A DNA stretch of 64,000 bases from Hydrolagus affinis (GCA_012026655.1 JAAILG010000692.1:1-64000); one strand, 5' to 3'; positions 12,100-25,786 are shown, numbered from the stretch's first letter. The notes: a model not told the origin generated them from the sequence alone. Translations and numbers: made by a program.

Positions 12100-14220
12100 C
12101 TGTGTGTGAGTAATTTAGGCACAGCAATAGAAGGGAGTACAACAGTCTGAGCAGTACACAATCTTTTATTGGATGCAATATTTCCTTCAAAATTCCAATC
12201 TTTTTGCTTTACAAATTGAAATGGTTTTGAAAAAAAATCTTGTATTTTAAGTTGTGACGTTGTACCATTCCTTAGCAAATGCAATCTTCAGCGCAATGCT
12301 CCAATATAGCAAAGCAATGGGAGGTCCTTTACACTTCTTGTGCTTTTTGGAACATGATCTCTCTACACTTTAAAGTCAAAGTATGTTCCACTCCAATGTA
12401 ATAGAACAGAGGGGAGAGAATCCTGCACTCCATTAGGTAGTTTGTGTCACCGTCTATAACATGAAACAATCTTTGATGTTTCGGTAGAATTGGATCTCGG
12501 GGCATACAATAATCAAACAAAGTGTTAGATGATAACATAAAATGCCTGTGCTTATTCTGATGTAGCAGGACCGTAGTAATTTGTCTTCTTAATATTGATG
12601 GCATAGAGATTGTAATATAAGATCATCAGTGTCTGATCAGAGAAAGACAAACCATAGGGTTATAAATTCTCATCTTGAAGGCGTAGAGATTGTGACATTG
12701 TTTGATCGGTGTCCACTCCATCAATTGTCATCCAAGCAGGAACATAGAAGATACTGAAATAGTGAAAATATTCCAACATCATATTCTTAATCATTGCATT
12801 TGGTAGAGTGCCTTGGGACAATGTCTCATTGTGCCTCACAGGAGAAACTGTAAAGTTTCACTGTGAAGTCAAATGATTGTGTAAAAATTTTGTAGAGCTA
12901 ATGTCTCCATAAAATATTCAGTATTTACTATTTGGTAGTGCATCAAAATGTGGTTCATGATACAACTTCTCTAGATCCAATGAGACACTGAAATATACTC
13001 ATGATCCCAACGTTTCTCCTGAGCTATACATTTAGAGTTACTCATTGGATACCTTTGCTCCACAGACATTGACTTTAAAGTCCTGTGTGACTTTACAATG
13101 TCCTAAACTGGTAATGCGGTGGAGCTTGTCAATCTTTTACCTTTTGGTGTAAAACGTTAATACTCACGTCAGTTACAATGAAAAGTTGTGATTCAACAAG
13201 GAGTCATAACACATCTCGTAACCTCATTTGTTGTACATTTTAGTCTTTTTTGCTAGCATTGCGTAAAGCACAATTACTGTTATGTTATATAATTCTCCGT
13301 GAGTTTAACATGCAAGTTATGATTTAACATCAAAAAAGGATCATTTTCAATTCAAACAATTACCGTGTTAGATGGACCTGTGTAAAATAAATCATGTAAC
13401 AATTTTCAACTTTTGGTGCCATAAGCAAATGTGTTGTGCACCATTTTTGAAATATAGTTTAATAGTTTTCACATTTTACTGACATGGCTCAGTAAAAATC
13501 TCCCATTTGCTCCTGAATATGAAATAGTTGTGATTTATAGAACCGTGGCATTCAATTAACATTCATGTATCTGTGCAGTTTTAGAGCACCTTTAAACTAG
13601 TATTTCACCTTTTGAAACTGACTACTGTATAATTATTCATTGTTGACAAATAGTTTAAGGGATAGTTGTATGAAATAAAGTATGAGATTAGACTTCAGGT
13701 TTTCAGTGTCATGGACCTATAATAATCCTTCATTTGATGTTCTGAAATTCCTTACTACGTTTTCAAAATGCCTCAAAGCACTTTACAGGATTTACAATTA
13801 ACAAAACTATTGATAGGCAAATGTCTTAATTGATGAAGCTCGGGATTATTTGGCAGAATACTTCACATTCATTAACTTCCTTAAATCACTCATCTTCAGT
13901 ACAAACTATCTTCAATCTTCTTGCAGCGTGAAAGTGGAATTGCCAAATCTCGGTCTATCCGTTCGTAGGACAAAGAACATCTCTCATTTGTTTGATGGTG
14001 ACATCGTTTTTGTTATTGTAATTCAACAAACAGCCATCATTTCTTATTTGTGATGGATTCATTTTGAGTATGTCTTCATCCGTTGACATTTTTTTCTTTG
14101 CCAACTTCCTCTAATCTCATGCATCCTTTCTACTGCTGAAGCTGCCTTCAAGTAACCCTGATTTCTTTTGTGTCATATATTTATTTCCACTTCAATAAGT
14201 TGAAGTTCATCCTAGGCCTG
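12100..14220 (-). pseudogene. Heavily decayed RTE-clade LINE ORF relic (discontinuous)
   Basis: Minus-strand peptides in RTE order: STDEDILKM (~14.07 kb), RCKKIEDSL and FKEVNE (13868-13928), VIDGDT..CRILSPLF (~12.4 kb), KDW..NI..NKRL..VVLPSI (~12.15 kb). Confidence 0.5.
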
Positions 14221-14649
14221 TTATTGTCTTAACTCAACAAAAATAAAAATAAATCCTGTTAACTAACACTCAAATGCTACCCTCGGTGCAACACATTGGG
14301 CATTGGAAATTTTAAATGAATACAAATAGTAGAGAGATAAAAGGGAATTAGAGAGAATAAATGGGGAAAAGGGACAGATATAGGAGTAATCATATACCAA
14401 TCACTTACAACAGCAATTGGTTTGTCATGTCTTTATATTGGTGTTCTTATCAACACTCAGAACTGCTTATTTTCCAAAATATTTGTACAATTGAGTTTTT
14501 GATATATTTTAGAATATATTTCAGAATTAAAGTTAGCGTACTGTTAATTTCACTCCTGTTTCTAAATATCTAGAACTGGTCAGCCTAGTTTCATTGGTTT
14601 GTAGTCTGAAGTGTAACGCAGTACAACTAGAAAGGTCACAAGGTTAGAC

Positions 14650-14800
14650 CTTGATGCTTATTACACAGAAATCTGCTCCCAATATCCTGGCAAGCCATCA
14701 AAGGGCTCAAGAAACATGGACCGGCAACATTCCTAAGCTACTCGGAAGAGAATGGCTGGCAATGGATGAGTGCAGTGAGCAGAGACAAATTGCGCAATTA
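14650..14800 (+). pseudogene. RTE-like ORF C-terminal relic
   Basis: DAYYT..NISWQ..GNIPKL across frameshifts resembles the RTE-type LDGxYTRLLR.ALNISW.H..LYG.LPK. Confidence 0.4.
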
Positions 14801-14890
14801 ATTATGACCAGCCATACAACTCACACACAGTGATCCAAAGATGTGATGTATCCACGCGACTGGTAGAACCCATTCTGCACAGGACCATAG

Positions 14891-15246
14891 AATAATCATA
14901 ATAATTCTTGTGTTTGATGTAGCGTCTTAGCACGTCTTCTAGGCATCTCAAAGCACTTCACAGGTTGCACGTTAAAGCTGTATGCTGTATTTTGTGGGCG
15001 AAATGTGGCAGTCAATTGAGCACAGAAGTGTCCCATAAACAGTCATGGATTGAAATGACCAATTTTTGGGTTTTGAAGGAATTATTACCCCCAGAAAAGC
15101 AATCCATCCATTGACTAATGACAATGTTCCTATATACTGCTCGGTAAACAGAGGTCAAGATCTAACCTTGTTTTGCCCTGCCGGAAATTAAACTCAGGTC
15201 TCTCGCCTATGAGGCGAGTGCTCTAACCCCTAAGCCACAGGACGCC
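14891..15246 (-). mobile_element. tRNA-derived SINE, diverged, with internal replacement at ~15090-15160
   Basis: Tail and body 14891-15088; head 15165-15246. Confidence 0.85.
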
Positions 15247-15926
15247 ATAATTTATTTTCACTATGTGGAGTCCTAAGGAATTTCCATCTCTCTGCTGTCC
15301 TCATGTGTGGAGTCAAAAAGGCGTTTTTTCATACATTGAACATCCTCCTCGTTTTGTAAACTGGTCGCGGTGATCTTGGCTGTGTTATCTTTCTTCTTAT
15401 CTTTGACATGTCCCTTAGATTTATTGGAAATCCAGCACTTGTGTTGTCTATCCATTCTTTATCCTTATTTTCCTTGTAATGAATTGGGAATCTGGCTCCC
15501 ACTGTAGATGACCCAGTTGTGTCTTGGAACGTGAATGGATCATTTGTGTTATAAATGTAAGATACATAAATAAATGACCTCCCCAGGTGTAAGAGTAATG
15601 GTTTGGGATTCTGTTGATGAGTTATTTCTCAGACTGCCGCGTAGGGTTTTATTAAATTTGAAATAGTTTGCAGAGGACAATTAATTGATCGATTGTGATA
15701 CTCTCAGTTTTAGGTTTTATAATTTGCAATGTTGCTAAGGCAATCTGTTTGGTAGTGAAAAACAGTGTTTGCAATATAACGTATGAGGATTGAAATTTCA
15801 GAGATAGTTACATCTAATCTGAACACTGTGCGTGGGAATTGTCACATGGTTACATTTGCAGGATAGTGAGTCAATCAAAGTGGGAGTTTCTCAAACCAAC
15901 TGTCTATTGAGCCCGAGCATTCGTCA

Positions 15927-16340
15927 CATAGAAATCACCATAGAATTATACAGCACAGAAGGAGGCCATTCGGCCCATTGTGTCTGTGCCGGCTCTTTGA
16001 AAACAGCTGTCCAAATCAATCCCACTCCCCCACTCTCTCCCCATAGCCCTACAAACCTGTCCTCCCCAAATAACTATCTACGTCTCTCTTAAAAGTTGTT
16101 ACCGAATCAAATTCCACTATCCTTTCAGGCGTTGTATTCCAGATCCGAACAACTCCCTGCGTGAAAAAAATATTTCTCCTCACCTCCCCTCTATTTTCAA
16201 CTATTTTAAATCAGTGTCCTTGGGTTACCAACCTATTCTCCAGTGGAAAAAGTTTCTCCTTGTTCACCCTATCGAATCCGCTCATAATTTTGAAAACTTC
16301 TATTATCTCTTAACCTTCTCTCCTCCAAGGAGAATAATCC
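15927..16340 (-). mobile_element. CR1 LINE 3' portion
   Basis: CATAGAA..CAGCACAGAAGGAGGCCATTCGGCCCAT, then the ORF2 end read in reverse (TTCCAGATCCGAACAACTCCCTGCGTGAAAA). Confidence 0.85.
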
Positions 16341-16969
16341 ACAGTGAGAGTACCTTATACAGCTTTGTTACTGAGCACCTCTCGGCACTGTCGTTCAGAG
16401 TGTCAGAGGGATGCTCAGTTAAGGAAATCAAGCCAGGCTCTCAGACGACTGTGTGAAGTGCTTTGAGGCCTCTTCCCATTGTGAATATAAATGTAAAGTT
16501 GCAATTGCTTTTGTTGTTGTTGAAGCCAATTGCTGGCCATTTTCTCCATTACTCTCGCATGTCATTCTACGCAACTGCGAGATGCACATACTGAAGGATG
16601 AATAAAAATCTCCCCCCACCATCTCGAAATGTCAATGGCAATTTTTTTAACTTAGCAAAATGTGAGATACTGTTATTATTGTGTCATTGAACCTCCATTA
16701 GCAGGATGTCTTTAGTGCAATCTAGCTACTTACACGCAAACATCAAACTTTCACTTCGCCCATTTTGACAAGTTCAAGTCATCACCAGCACGTTTAACTA
16801 AGCAGTCAACACTGCTTAGTTAATGTTACTGCTACTTAATAATGTTGTGAAGGATGGAACTCAACATTGTTTAGGCCTCTAAAGCACATTACACCCTCTT
16901 CACTAACAAAGTAGAAGAATATTAATTATTAAGATGTGAATCTAATTCATTACCAACATTGCACTAAAT

Positions 16970-17089
16970 GAAACACAAAATGCTGCAGATGCTGGGAACC
17001 TGAAAGAAAAACAGAAATCACTGGGAACACTCAGCGGGTCAGGCAGCATCTATGGAGAAAGGAAAGTAAGTCAACGTTTCGGGTCAAGG
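16970..17089 (-). mobile_element. Penelope-type terminal repeat (pLTR) fragment
   Basis: ACAAAATGCTGCAGATGCTGG..CTCAGCGGGTCAGGCAGCATCTATGGAG..GTCAACGTTTCGGGTC; homologous to 59881-60008. Confidence 0.7.
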
Positions 17090-17137
17090 TGAGAATGATT
17101 TACTATGCAAACGTACCAGAAAGGAGCAGCATATAAA

Positions 17138-17465
17138 AATAATAATAATAAAAATAATAATAATCCTTGAATTTGATATAGCGCTTTTCACATGTTCTAG
17201 ACATCACAAAGCGCTACACAGAATATACAGTACTGTAAAGTGAATTGACTGGATATATGTGGGCAAAACAAAGAAGCCAATTGCACACAGCAGTGTCACA
17301 CAACCTGTTGTGGATTGAAGTGACCAATTTATTATTTTTTATATGCAGGATTATTATCAGGCATGTGGAGGAAGGAAACTTGCCCACGGTTTTGCCCTGA
17401 CGGAAGTCGAACCCGGGTCGCTCGCTTGCGAGGCGAGTGATCTAATCACTGAGCCACAGGACTCC
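17138..17465 (-). mobile_element. tRNA-derived SINE, full length
   Basis: Family tail, body and head ending CACTGAGCCACAGGACTCC. Confidence 0.95.
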
Positions 17466-18707
17466 AATTGTATCTAACTCGCAGCAGTAATTAAGAGGAG
17501 AGTGGAACGCTGCTTCTTGCTTGATCTGTGTGAAGTTCCATGTCAGCTCTTCATTGTCCACGGTGGTTCTTAATGCTATGATATGTTCCACTGTTGCTTC
17601 CAGAATAGAAAGTGAAGGCAATCCGCTTGCCACCTACTGACCCACGGTAGACCATATGAGTGGATATATTGCATGAGGCCACCTACCTGCACTGGTTTCC
17701 ATCAGGGGAGCTATGTGCTCCAGTTGCCAGGGGCTTATCAGAAGGGAGACAGAAGCTACTTCAACTTCCGTCTGCCTCGCGATGGATGTGATACCAGCAG
17801 AGTCAGCGAAAATGAAGTGCTTGCCTGGGGGGGGGAGTGGGTATTTGCAGATGTGGAGTCTTAATGAGACAGCAGATGTTGAGGTAACAATCAGGGAGTC
17901 TCCACATGCTCAGCACATAATGGAGTAGGGTGTCAAAACCCAAATGGCAATGTAACGGTTATCTGCCGAGTTATTCCAGACTTGTTGAAGGTAAGCCTGA
18001 CGTCTCTCTTTACATCCTAAAATTCTTTGAAGCAAATCAAGTAACATGAACTCCATTTCTACAAAGAGTAGGAGGCCAAAACTATTTGGGCTGGGCATGT
18101 TGTGCAAACAAAGTGTTTTCTGCGGCAAGTAGCTTCAGAGAAGTTATTCTGGTAGTAACAAATCCAGAAACAAAAACTGTCCAACCTTCCTGTATCACTG
18201 CTGTGAAATCGTCTACTTACGCTTTTATGATACCAGAATTTTGTCCTACACCTAAAACTGGAGGGAATGAGTGCAATGTTGTCATTTTAATTGAACAAAT
18301 TCCTTTTACTGTATACCTAAAACGATGAACGACGCAGGTGTGGTTTGAACTTTAATTCCCCAAGCTTCCGTCCATCGTTAGCTAACTGGATCTTTTCTGC
18401 AGTTTGTGCAGTACAGCACAATCACTCTGATAAAAACACCAAAATTGTTCTTTCGTTCCAAGGAAACACTATGTGTCCACATGTTTACGATGCTCAAAGA
18501 CGCCATAAATAAACACAGAGAGGTTAACATTCTTCTAAAACGTGAGGAAACTAGCTATCAGCCATTGCAAAGAAGATATTATGGTTAGTCTAATGGTTTT
18601 ATGCAGTTACTGTTTTGTTTTTTTAAACCACAAAGAAACAGGATGGAATTTTGGAGGAAGAGACAAATTTCACTTTTGCTTCCACGCCATGTACGCCATG
18701 GATGTTC

Positions 18708-18903
18708 GTCCAAAAAAAAAACAGAATAATAAAATTGGTCATTTCAATCCACAACTGTTTGTGGGACACTGCTGTGCGCAATTGGCTGCCGCGATTTGCC
18801 CACAAATACACAATCAATTCACTTTACAGTATAATCTATGAAGCGCTTTGGGACGTCGATAAGATGTGAAAAGTACTATATCAAATGCAAGGATTATTAT
18901 TAT
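18708..18903 (+). mobile_element. tRNA-derived SINE, 5'-truncated
   Basis: Family body and tail. Confidence 0.9.
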
Positions 18904-19339
18904 GTACTGTATTATGTGACAAGTGTTAATTGGAGATTTGAATATACCTCCAGCGATTCAATCCCAACGTGTTTAAAACGGGCCTCACAAAAATTAGTGT
19001 TCAGGAATTCTGTTATGCTCCTTAGTAAGAGATTAGAAAGTGGGGCCACACTTTGCCCTGTAACAGTCAACAGATATTTTGGGAATTTGTGTTGCTTTGT
19101 CCCTCAGCTGCTCGATCACTCCCTGGTACCACTTTGACGTGTAAGGGGCAAGAATTCCAAGGCATATTCGTGGCATTAATTGTGGCTGCCTGTACGTTGG
19201 ATTGCAAGGAAAGTGAGAGATTCACAAAACTGCCAAAGTCCGTATAGGGGCCGAGAGCAATATGATTTGCTACCGAATGTGCAGCGTCAGTTGCGGCTGA
19301 GGCAGGGTGAAGCATGCTTTAGCCTCAAATGATAATAAT

Positions 19340-19640
19340 CCCTTACTCCATATGCCTAATGATAATCCCTCAAAAAAAAACAATAATAAATTAAATCCAC
19401 AACTGTTTGTGGGACAATGCTGTGCGCAATTAGCTGTCGCCTTTCACCCCCACACAAAAAAAAAGTCAATTAATTTTACAGTATTTTCTGTGAAGCGCTT
19501 TGAGATGTGATGGAGAAGACATGAAAAGCACTATATCAAATGCAAGGATTATTATCATTATTATTGCATTTGATACTGCGCCTTATCGAGTCTTCTAGAC
19601 ATCTCGAAGCACTTCAGAGAACACACCAAAGTGAATTGGT
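19340..19640. mobile_element. SINE (+, truncated) fused tail-to-tail with a SINE 3' fragment (-)
   Basis: Plus copy ends ..GCAAGGATTATTATCATTATTA and is followed directly by TTGCATTTGATACTGCGCC..TCTAGACATCTCGAAGCACTTCA. Confidence 0.85.
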
Positions 19641-22600
19641 GGGCAATAAACCTTGTGGGCAAGATGAGCACCTCTGTACTTCAGGCAAAGTGACATTGCA
19701 GGCTAAGGCTGGGCGGAATTTTGGACTGGTAGATGGAGTAACTCAGATGGGAAAAGATCAAAGCCTAAGACTTGAGAAGAGAAAGCAAGAGGCAAGAAAA
19801 AATAAAAGGGAAAGAAAATGAGCAAAAGCACACACAGACTGGCTCTCAGTGGTTTGCATGTCACTCTTCGCTTTGCAGTAAACTGTTTCTGTTGCTGATC
19901 TAATAGCAGCACAACATAAGTGGTATTTCTCGAAGCTTCAGCCAGCGCATAGCTATGTTGATGCATCGCGCTGCAGATCATAAATATTGAAATGACTTGT
20001 TAATGATGTGACTGTGGTGTACCGTATGCCTTTTCACAGCAATGCCTTTAACCATTAACAGAGAGTGGGATTTGTACTGCTGGATAGAATCATATATTTA
20101 CATGTTGAACGCTTCGAAACCATTGCCAAATTTAACATTCAAAAACAAAGTAAACGTAAAGAATAAATTACACCCCATAGAGATAAGCTGGTTCCCTAAA
20201 GCCATGGAATATTACATACATAATTATATATGAAAACAAAATCTCCATGTAATGTTCCCGAGTATCTAAATTGCATAGGACAATGGGGGGAAAAAAACTA
20301 TGCATTTTTATTTAGCAAATATTCTGTGTTATTAGAATTGTTGTTGACTGTGTTGTTGCTGCAATGCTGCAAACTACAATGAGCCAAAGGTACACACACA
20401 AAAAAATCACACAAATGCCTATGACTGCAAATGGAAATGTCAGCCAAACATGCAGGAAACACACAAGAACAGTAACGCACAAATATATTAACGAGAGAGA
20501 CAGAGAAACCTGCACAGATAAACAGACAGGAGCAAAAATAAAGAGAGGCACTGATAGAAAAGCAACACAAGAAAAACAGTCAGGCACAAATAGGGAGGAA
20601 CAAATAGTGACAGAAAGAGACTGATAGACAGATTGCTGTCTTTTGCTTGCTGCTGCTGATGGCTGATTAATCCTATTGACTATATTGCTCCTGGTTTCTG
20701 GATTAAATCTGAATACCAACTATCCTTACAAATTAGCTTCCATTCGGATTGCATTTGCAAGCATCAGCTGTTGGGCTGGTGGCATGCACCTGGTCTGTTA
20801 CTGACCTCTACTGATGTGCAGTCGCTTTTGCGATATAGATATTCAGAGCACGGCCACGAATAACACAGCCTCCTCCATCCTCTCCCTGACATAAGCATTC
20901 AGAGCACAGGACCACTGGAAAGAGCCTTCTCTATCACCCCAGTGACAGAAGAGAAAGTGATTCCTATCAGTGATATGGGGGAAGATTGCTGAATGCATTA
21001 TTCCCTGATAATAGCATTGCTTTCTGATTAAATTATAGGATTCCTTTTATTAATTTTATCAGACCATTTAAAAAAAGGGGGGATATAATTTATCCTACAG
21101 AGAAGTTCTAAAATAGCATGATTTTTTTAAAACCATTATTTCAGTAGAGTTTTCACAAAAATGTTAAGCCCCTGGAATAAATAGAAATTAATTCAGTTTT
21201 CTTATTGAAGATGTGAAAAAAAATTTCAAATAGCGAAATGAAGTAGATCTTTCATTCTGGATTCATTAAATGGTGCCCGAGTCATAGACTTAAGCATTGG
21301 TTGTTATTCTAAAGTGAATTCACAGAAGTGATTTACCAACCTGCCAATTGGAACCAGGCAGGAGTTTGTTGCCAAGTTGTTCTACATTTTGATTAACTGG
21401 CTTTGATAGTCATGGCATCCAGTTCTTGTTCCGACTTCAGCCATCCATAATTACCATTTATCCTTCCAATGTCTGTGCCATGAGATTTGCCTTGTTACTA
21501 GCTTATTCCGGGCTTTATTATCTTATGCTGGATTTGTACAACTGGGAACAGAATACATTGATATGGAACAGCATGATCTATATTTCTCATTCCATATCTC
21601 TGTGAAGCATGAGATCAAAACCCTCGAAACACATGATTTGCTTGTACCTGTTTTATTACATTACTGTACATAGAATTGCAGACTGTACAGCATCATTCAA
21701 ATCAGGTCATTAAACTCAACTAATGTGTGTCCAGTGTTTATACTCTTCTAATTCTCTCTGCCTTCTGATTGCCTTTTCCCTCATGAATGCGAATAGAATG
21801 ATACATTAAATAGTCTGTCGGGCATTATATATGTACACTCAATTTATAGGATGAAAAGGTTGTGTTATTTACAGAGTTCATTGAATGGGCACCATGTTAA
21901 ATTATTCTATACAAGATCAGAAATGGATAGCTACAATTCCAGGACATCATGTATAGGTTGACCTGATCATGAACAGTATTGGTTACAATTTGTAGCTGTA
22001 ACCTCTATATCTGTGACTGATTCATTCAACAGAGTTCTGATACGTGTCAAGCTGGAATAACACAGACAAAAAGAGAGAACACAGTCTCTTTGTAGTCTAT
22101 TGGATCAGATACTGTAAAATATGGACATAAAATTCATTTTTGATCATTTGCACCTAAAGTTAACAATGTTGTTATCAAAATGACATGGAGCAGGAAGCAA
22201 GTTTTATATTTCCAGTGAGAAATGCAATGTTGTTAACATCAACAGTGTTGCAGAAAATGAGAAGGCACCTTCAAATAATGAGTATTTCACGCTAGCAAAG
22301 TGCTTTAACAGCCCCATTTAGGCTGAGGCATGTGGAAAGTTTATTTATCCAGCTGAGGAATGTGAAATTGTGAAAACTTATTGGAAGAGTATCAATGTTG
22401 GAAACACCAATTTTCAGATGAGTTTCTGCTTGAGTATTGTTGCTGAGAGTGTTTAGCTTTTCCAGTATATGAGGTGAAGCAATCACTGACTTAACACTGT
22501 TTCTCAGAGTGGGAGTGCGCAGACAAATGCATGACTTAAAGTGAAGGGCCGAGACTCAGGATTAATAAGGGTGTCCAGTAGGACCACGTGACACGTACGA

Positions 22601-22989
22601 ACAATAAGGGAACTCGAGCTGACAAACTTGCCTATGAGTGAGGAGACTGCGGGGGGTGTAGTGGGAGGCAGTGGGGTGGGGGGAGTGGGGAGGGGGGGTG
22701 CCATGCTGAGATGTGAGATAATTGATTGCTGCCATTCCATAGAAACACTGAACGTTAACATCCAAGACAAGAGCTGGGTTAGCGCTGAGATTGGTGGATC
22801 AACCAGTTCAGAGTGACGTGAATCTACCTTTCAGATGTTTATATCCACACTTTCTGTTTCTCTGTCAGATTTCCAGAATCTGTGTTTCTTTCCCCCGGGT
22901 GTGTGTGTGTGGGGAGGGAATGGGGGGAGGGGGAGGGGGTTAGAATCATTTACTTTTGTATCTGCTTTGATGTAGACTTCAGTTAGACT

Positions 22990-23192
22990 TTGGACTTCAG
23001 TTATGGGGAAAGGCTAGATAGGCTAGGTTTATTCTCTTTAGAACAGAGAGGGTTGAGAGGAGATCTAATAGAGGTTTATAAAATCATGAGGGGATTCGAC
23101 AGGGCGAATAAGGAAAAACTGTTTCCACTGATGGGCGAATCTGTGACTCGTGGTCACAGATTTAAATTAGTTTCAAAACGAAGCAGAGGGGA
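22990..23192 (+). pseudogene. CR1 LINE ORF2 C-terminal fragment
   Basis: SYGERLDRLGLFSLEQRGLRGDLIEVYKIMRG..LFPL..TRGHRFKL, the CR1 ORF2 C-terminal signature. Confidence 0.92.
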
Positions 23193-23646
23193 GCTGCCGG
23201 CTCTTTTCAAGCCCATTTTTCTAACTTCAATGGACTGGCCAATGAACAACCCTAGTTGGAATTGCCTTATACAAAGTATTTATTTGGCTCAAATAATTTC
23301 TAAATTTTATTCTAAATTTGCTAAAACATGCTTTAATGATAAATAGAAAATGTAATATTAAATGTCCATGTGGTAAAATTAGTTAATAGTTTCTCTATTC
23401 ATAAGAAAAAACACAAAGGTAATTATATTTTAATGATATTTCACTAAGTAGGAAAGAAATAACATCATACGTTGGTTCAGATCCATGTACCTCATTAACC
23501 AACCAATACTCTTTGTACTATGGTCCTTGTGAATTGACATCTGCTTATTTAGTCGTGTCTAGATAGATATTTCCCAACAATAAATACTGTATATATTTTC
23601 TGCCTCTTGTGCCCTTTTTTTTAATCAGTGTTTTGTTTCAATATAT

Positions 23647-23871
23647 AATAATAATCCTTGCATTTGAAATAGCACTTTTCACATCCTGTCGACGTCTCAA
23701 AGCGCTTCACAGAATATACTGTAAAGTGAATTGACTGTATATTTGTGGGCGAAACACGACAGCCAATTGAGCACAGCAGTGTCCCACAAACAGTCGTGGA
23801 TTGAAATGACCAATTTTTATTAGAGATTATTATTAGGCATGTTGAGTTAACCGCTGAGCTATGGGAGCTCC
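23647..23871 (-). mobile_element. tRNA-derived SINE with internal deletion
   Basis: Tail and body intact; head reduced to TAACCGCTGAGCTATGGGAGCTCC. Confidence 0.9.
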
Positions 23872-24654
23872 ACTTATATTTATAAGTAGGTCAGGTTTCA
23901 GTTGAAAATACAATACATCACAAATTACATGTATGTAGTCACATTCACATTGTCTCAAAGGATTGTCCCTGTGCTTGGATGAACACCCAGAAATAATGCA
24001 GATATGGGATCACTGGCAAGAACTTCAGAACTAGCATATGGTAGGCAGCCAGTACATGGCATCCTTAGATCCACATTTAAAGTCCAGTTTGGCAGCTTGA
24101 TTGCAATTAAATTGGAAATCCAAATACACTACACACTAGCAGTAGATTCGCTCCATAGAGCAAAGTACTGCAGGCACATTAATCTTGTCACAATTTTCAA
24201 GCGAACTACAGGATCAGAAAAGACTTGTTGACAGATACTGTTGTTGAAATATCTTACTCAACCAAAATACCCAGGACTTCAAAGCAAGTGTTCGTAATTC
24301 CCTAATTTTGCCCCTTCCTCCACTCCCCTCTGGGTCGTTACTAAGCTGTTTGACCATTTCAACCCCCGCCAATTTTTTCAGGCTAAAATTAGTTAGAATT
24401 CCAGGGGATTCTTTCAAGATGGAGCCTAAGGATGGTGTAAATTAATCAGTAAGGAAACTGAGGAATTTTGCTCCTTAGTAATAAGAAATCTGCAAAAGCT
24501 CAAGTTTCTCTGATTAGACATTTCTTGCCATTAGCTGAATTAGATTTTTCTGGCATTTTTAAGAAAGTATTACAGCAAAATCTAATTAATTCTTTCACAA
24601 GTAACTTTCTTTTGATGCACATGCTATCTGGTGTTGACGGTGTAAGCTTGGTTT

Positions 24655-24830
24655 AGAGATACCATTTTGACCTTTGAATGAAGGTTGTGGATTCAATGCC
24701 TAAATCTGCACTAAATCTGGAACTCATTGCAGACTGACACTCCAGCACTGTGCTGGGGAGAGCTATATTTTCAGAGAATCTATCCTTTTGGATGAGACAT
24801 TAAACTGTATATAGTTTCAGATGGATATTA
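24655..24830 (+). mobile_element. Old DeuSINE-like SINE, 5' part
   Basis: GAAGGTTGTGGATTCAA..CTGACACTCCAG..TTTTGGATGAGACATTAAAC, shared with 45585-45945 and 56190-56555. Confidence 0.6.
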
Positions 24831-25566
24831 CAGATAATAACACTCCGTGCGTTTGATATGCAGTGTAGCAAAACGTGCACAAATCTTATGTTTATAAATT
24901 ATATATAACTTCCACCCGAGTCCCATTCATTGCACTAGTGAGATTAATCACCTCTTAATTTGTAACACCATTCTCCTATCCTCCATTGCTCCTGCACTTA
25001 CCGACTGCGCTGAATTTAGGGAAACTTAGTCTTGACCCGTCACTGCATGCACACTTACCGGAAGCAAAGAAAAACTACTGCCCTGAGTGTGTCTTGACGA
25101 CGTTATCCAGGAAGGGAAGGATTAGGGAATGTGGTTGAAGGATAGATTCACTAACATTCACTCATCATTTTCAACAACCAACTGTAATGGACCAAACTAA
25201 TTTCAAATCTTATGAGCACAAGAAATACAATATTTCAGACTTGTTATGGGTAAAAAAAAACGGTACCAAATAATGTCTTCGATAGGAGAAAGAAAGTAAT
25301 ATCTTTCCGAAGAAGACCTGACTGCCAGTGGATGTGATGCGACAGTTAGCATTGAGTGAGGTAGTAAAGGTGGAAAATCATTACAGCTGGAAACAAGTAA
25401 TGAGAGAGACCAAAGAACCCTGTTAACTTCTCTGCACAAATTGATCTCAGTTTTGTTTCTACTGGGAAGATTTCCTCCAATACCATTTTCATGAAAAGGC
25501 TGTTGATAAAACTAATAGGCTATTCATTGGGGAACGAAATCCAAGGAAAGCTTCACCGACTAGAAG

Positions 25567-25786
25567 GATAATAATCCCTCCCAAAAAAAACACAATAATA
25601 AAATTGGTCATTTCAATCCATGACTGTGTGTGGGACACTGCTGTGCGCAATTGGCTGCCGCAATTCGCCCACAAATATATACAGTCAATTCACTTTACAA
25701 TATATTCTGTGAAGCGCTTTGGGACGTTGATAAGATGTGGAAAGCGCTATATCAAATGCAAGGATTATTATTATTATTATTATTAT
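25567..25786 (+). mobile_element. tRNA-derived SINE, 5'-truncated
   Basis: Family body and long (ATT)n tail. Confidence 0.92.

Noticed and set aside
17910-18128. ORF with EM..LQRILG, vaguely RTE C-terminal
   Set aside because: Single weak motif without collinear support.
19904-19913. miR-15/16-like TAGCAGCACA
   Set aside because: Short match; the 3' part diverges and there is no downstream star arm.
20298-20719. Overlapping ORFs on both strands
   Set aside because: Decayed CA/GA-rich low-complexity DNA that lacks stops because of its composition.
22650-22940. G-quadruplex-capable G tracts (also 1165-1225, 2545-2595, 5630-5685, 8455-8525)
   Set aside because: Mostly L2 3' UTR or simple low-complexity tracts; no evidence of function.
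25357-25367. let-7/miR-98-like TGAGGTAGTAA
   Set aside because: Only the first 11 nt match and I see no precursor hairpin.
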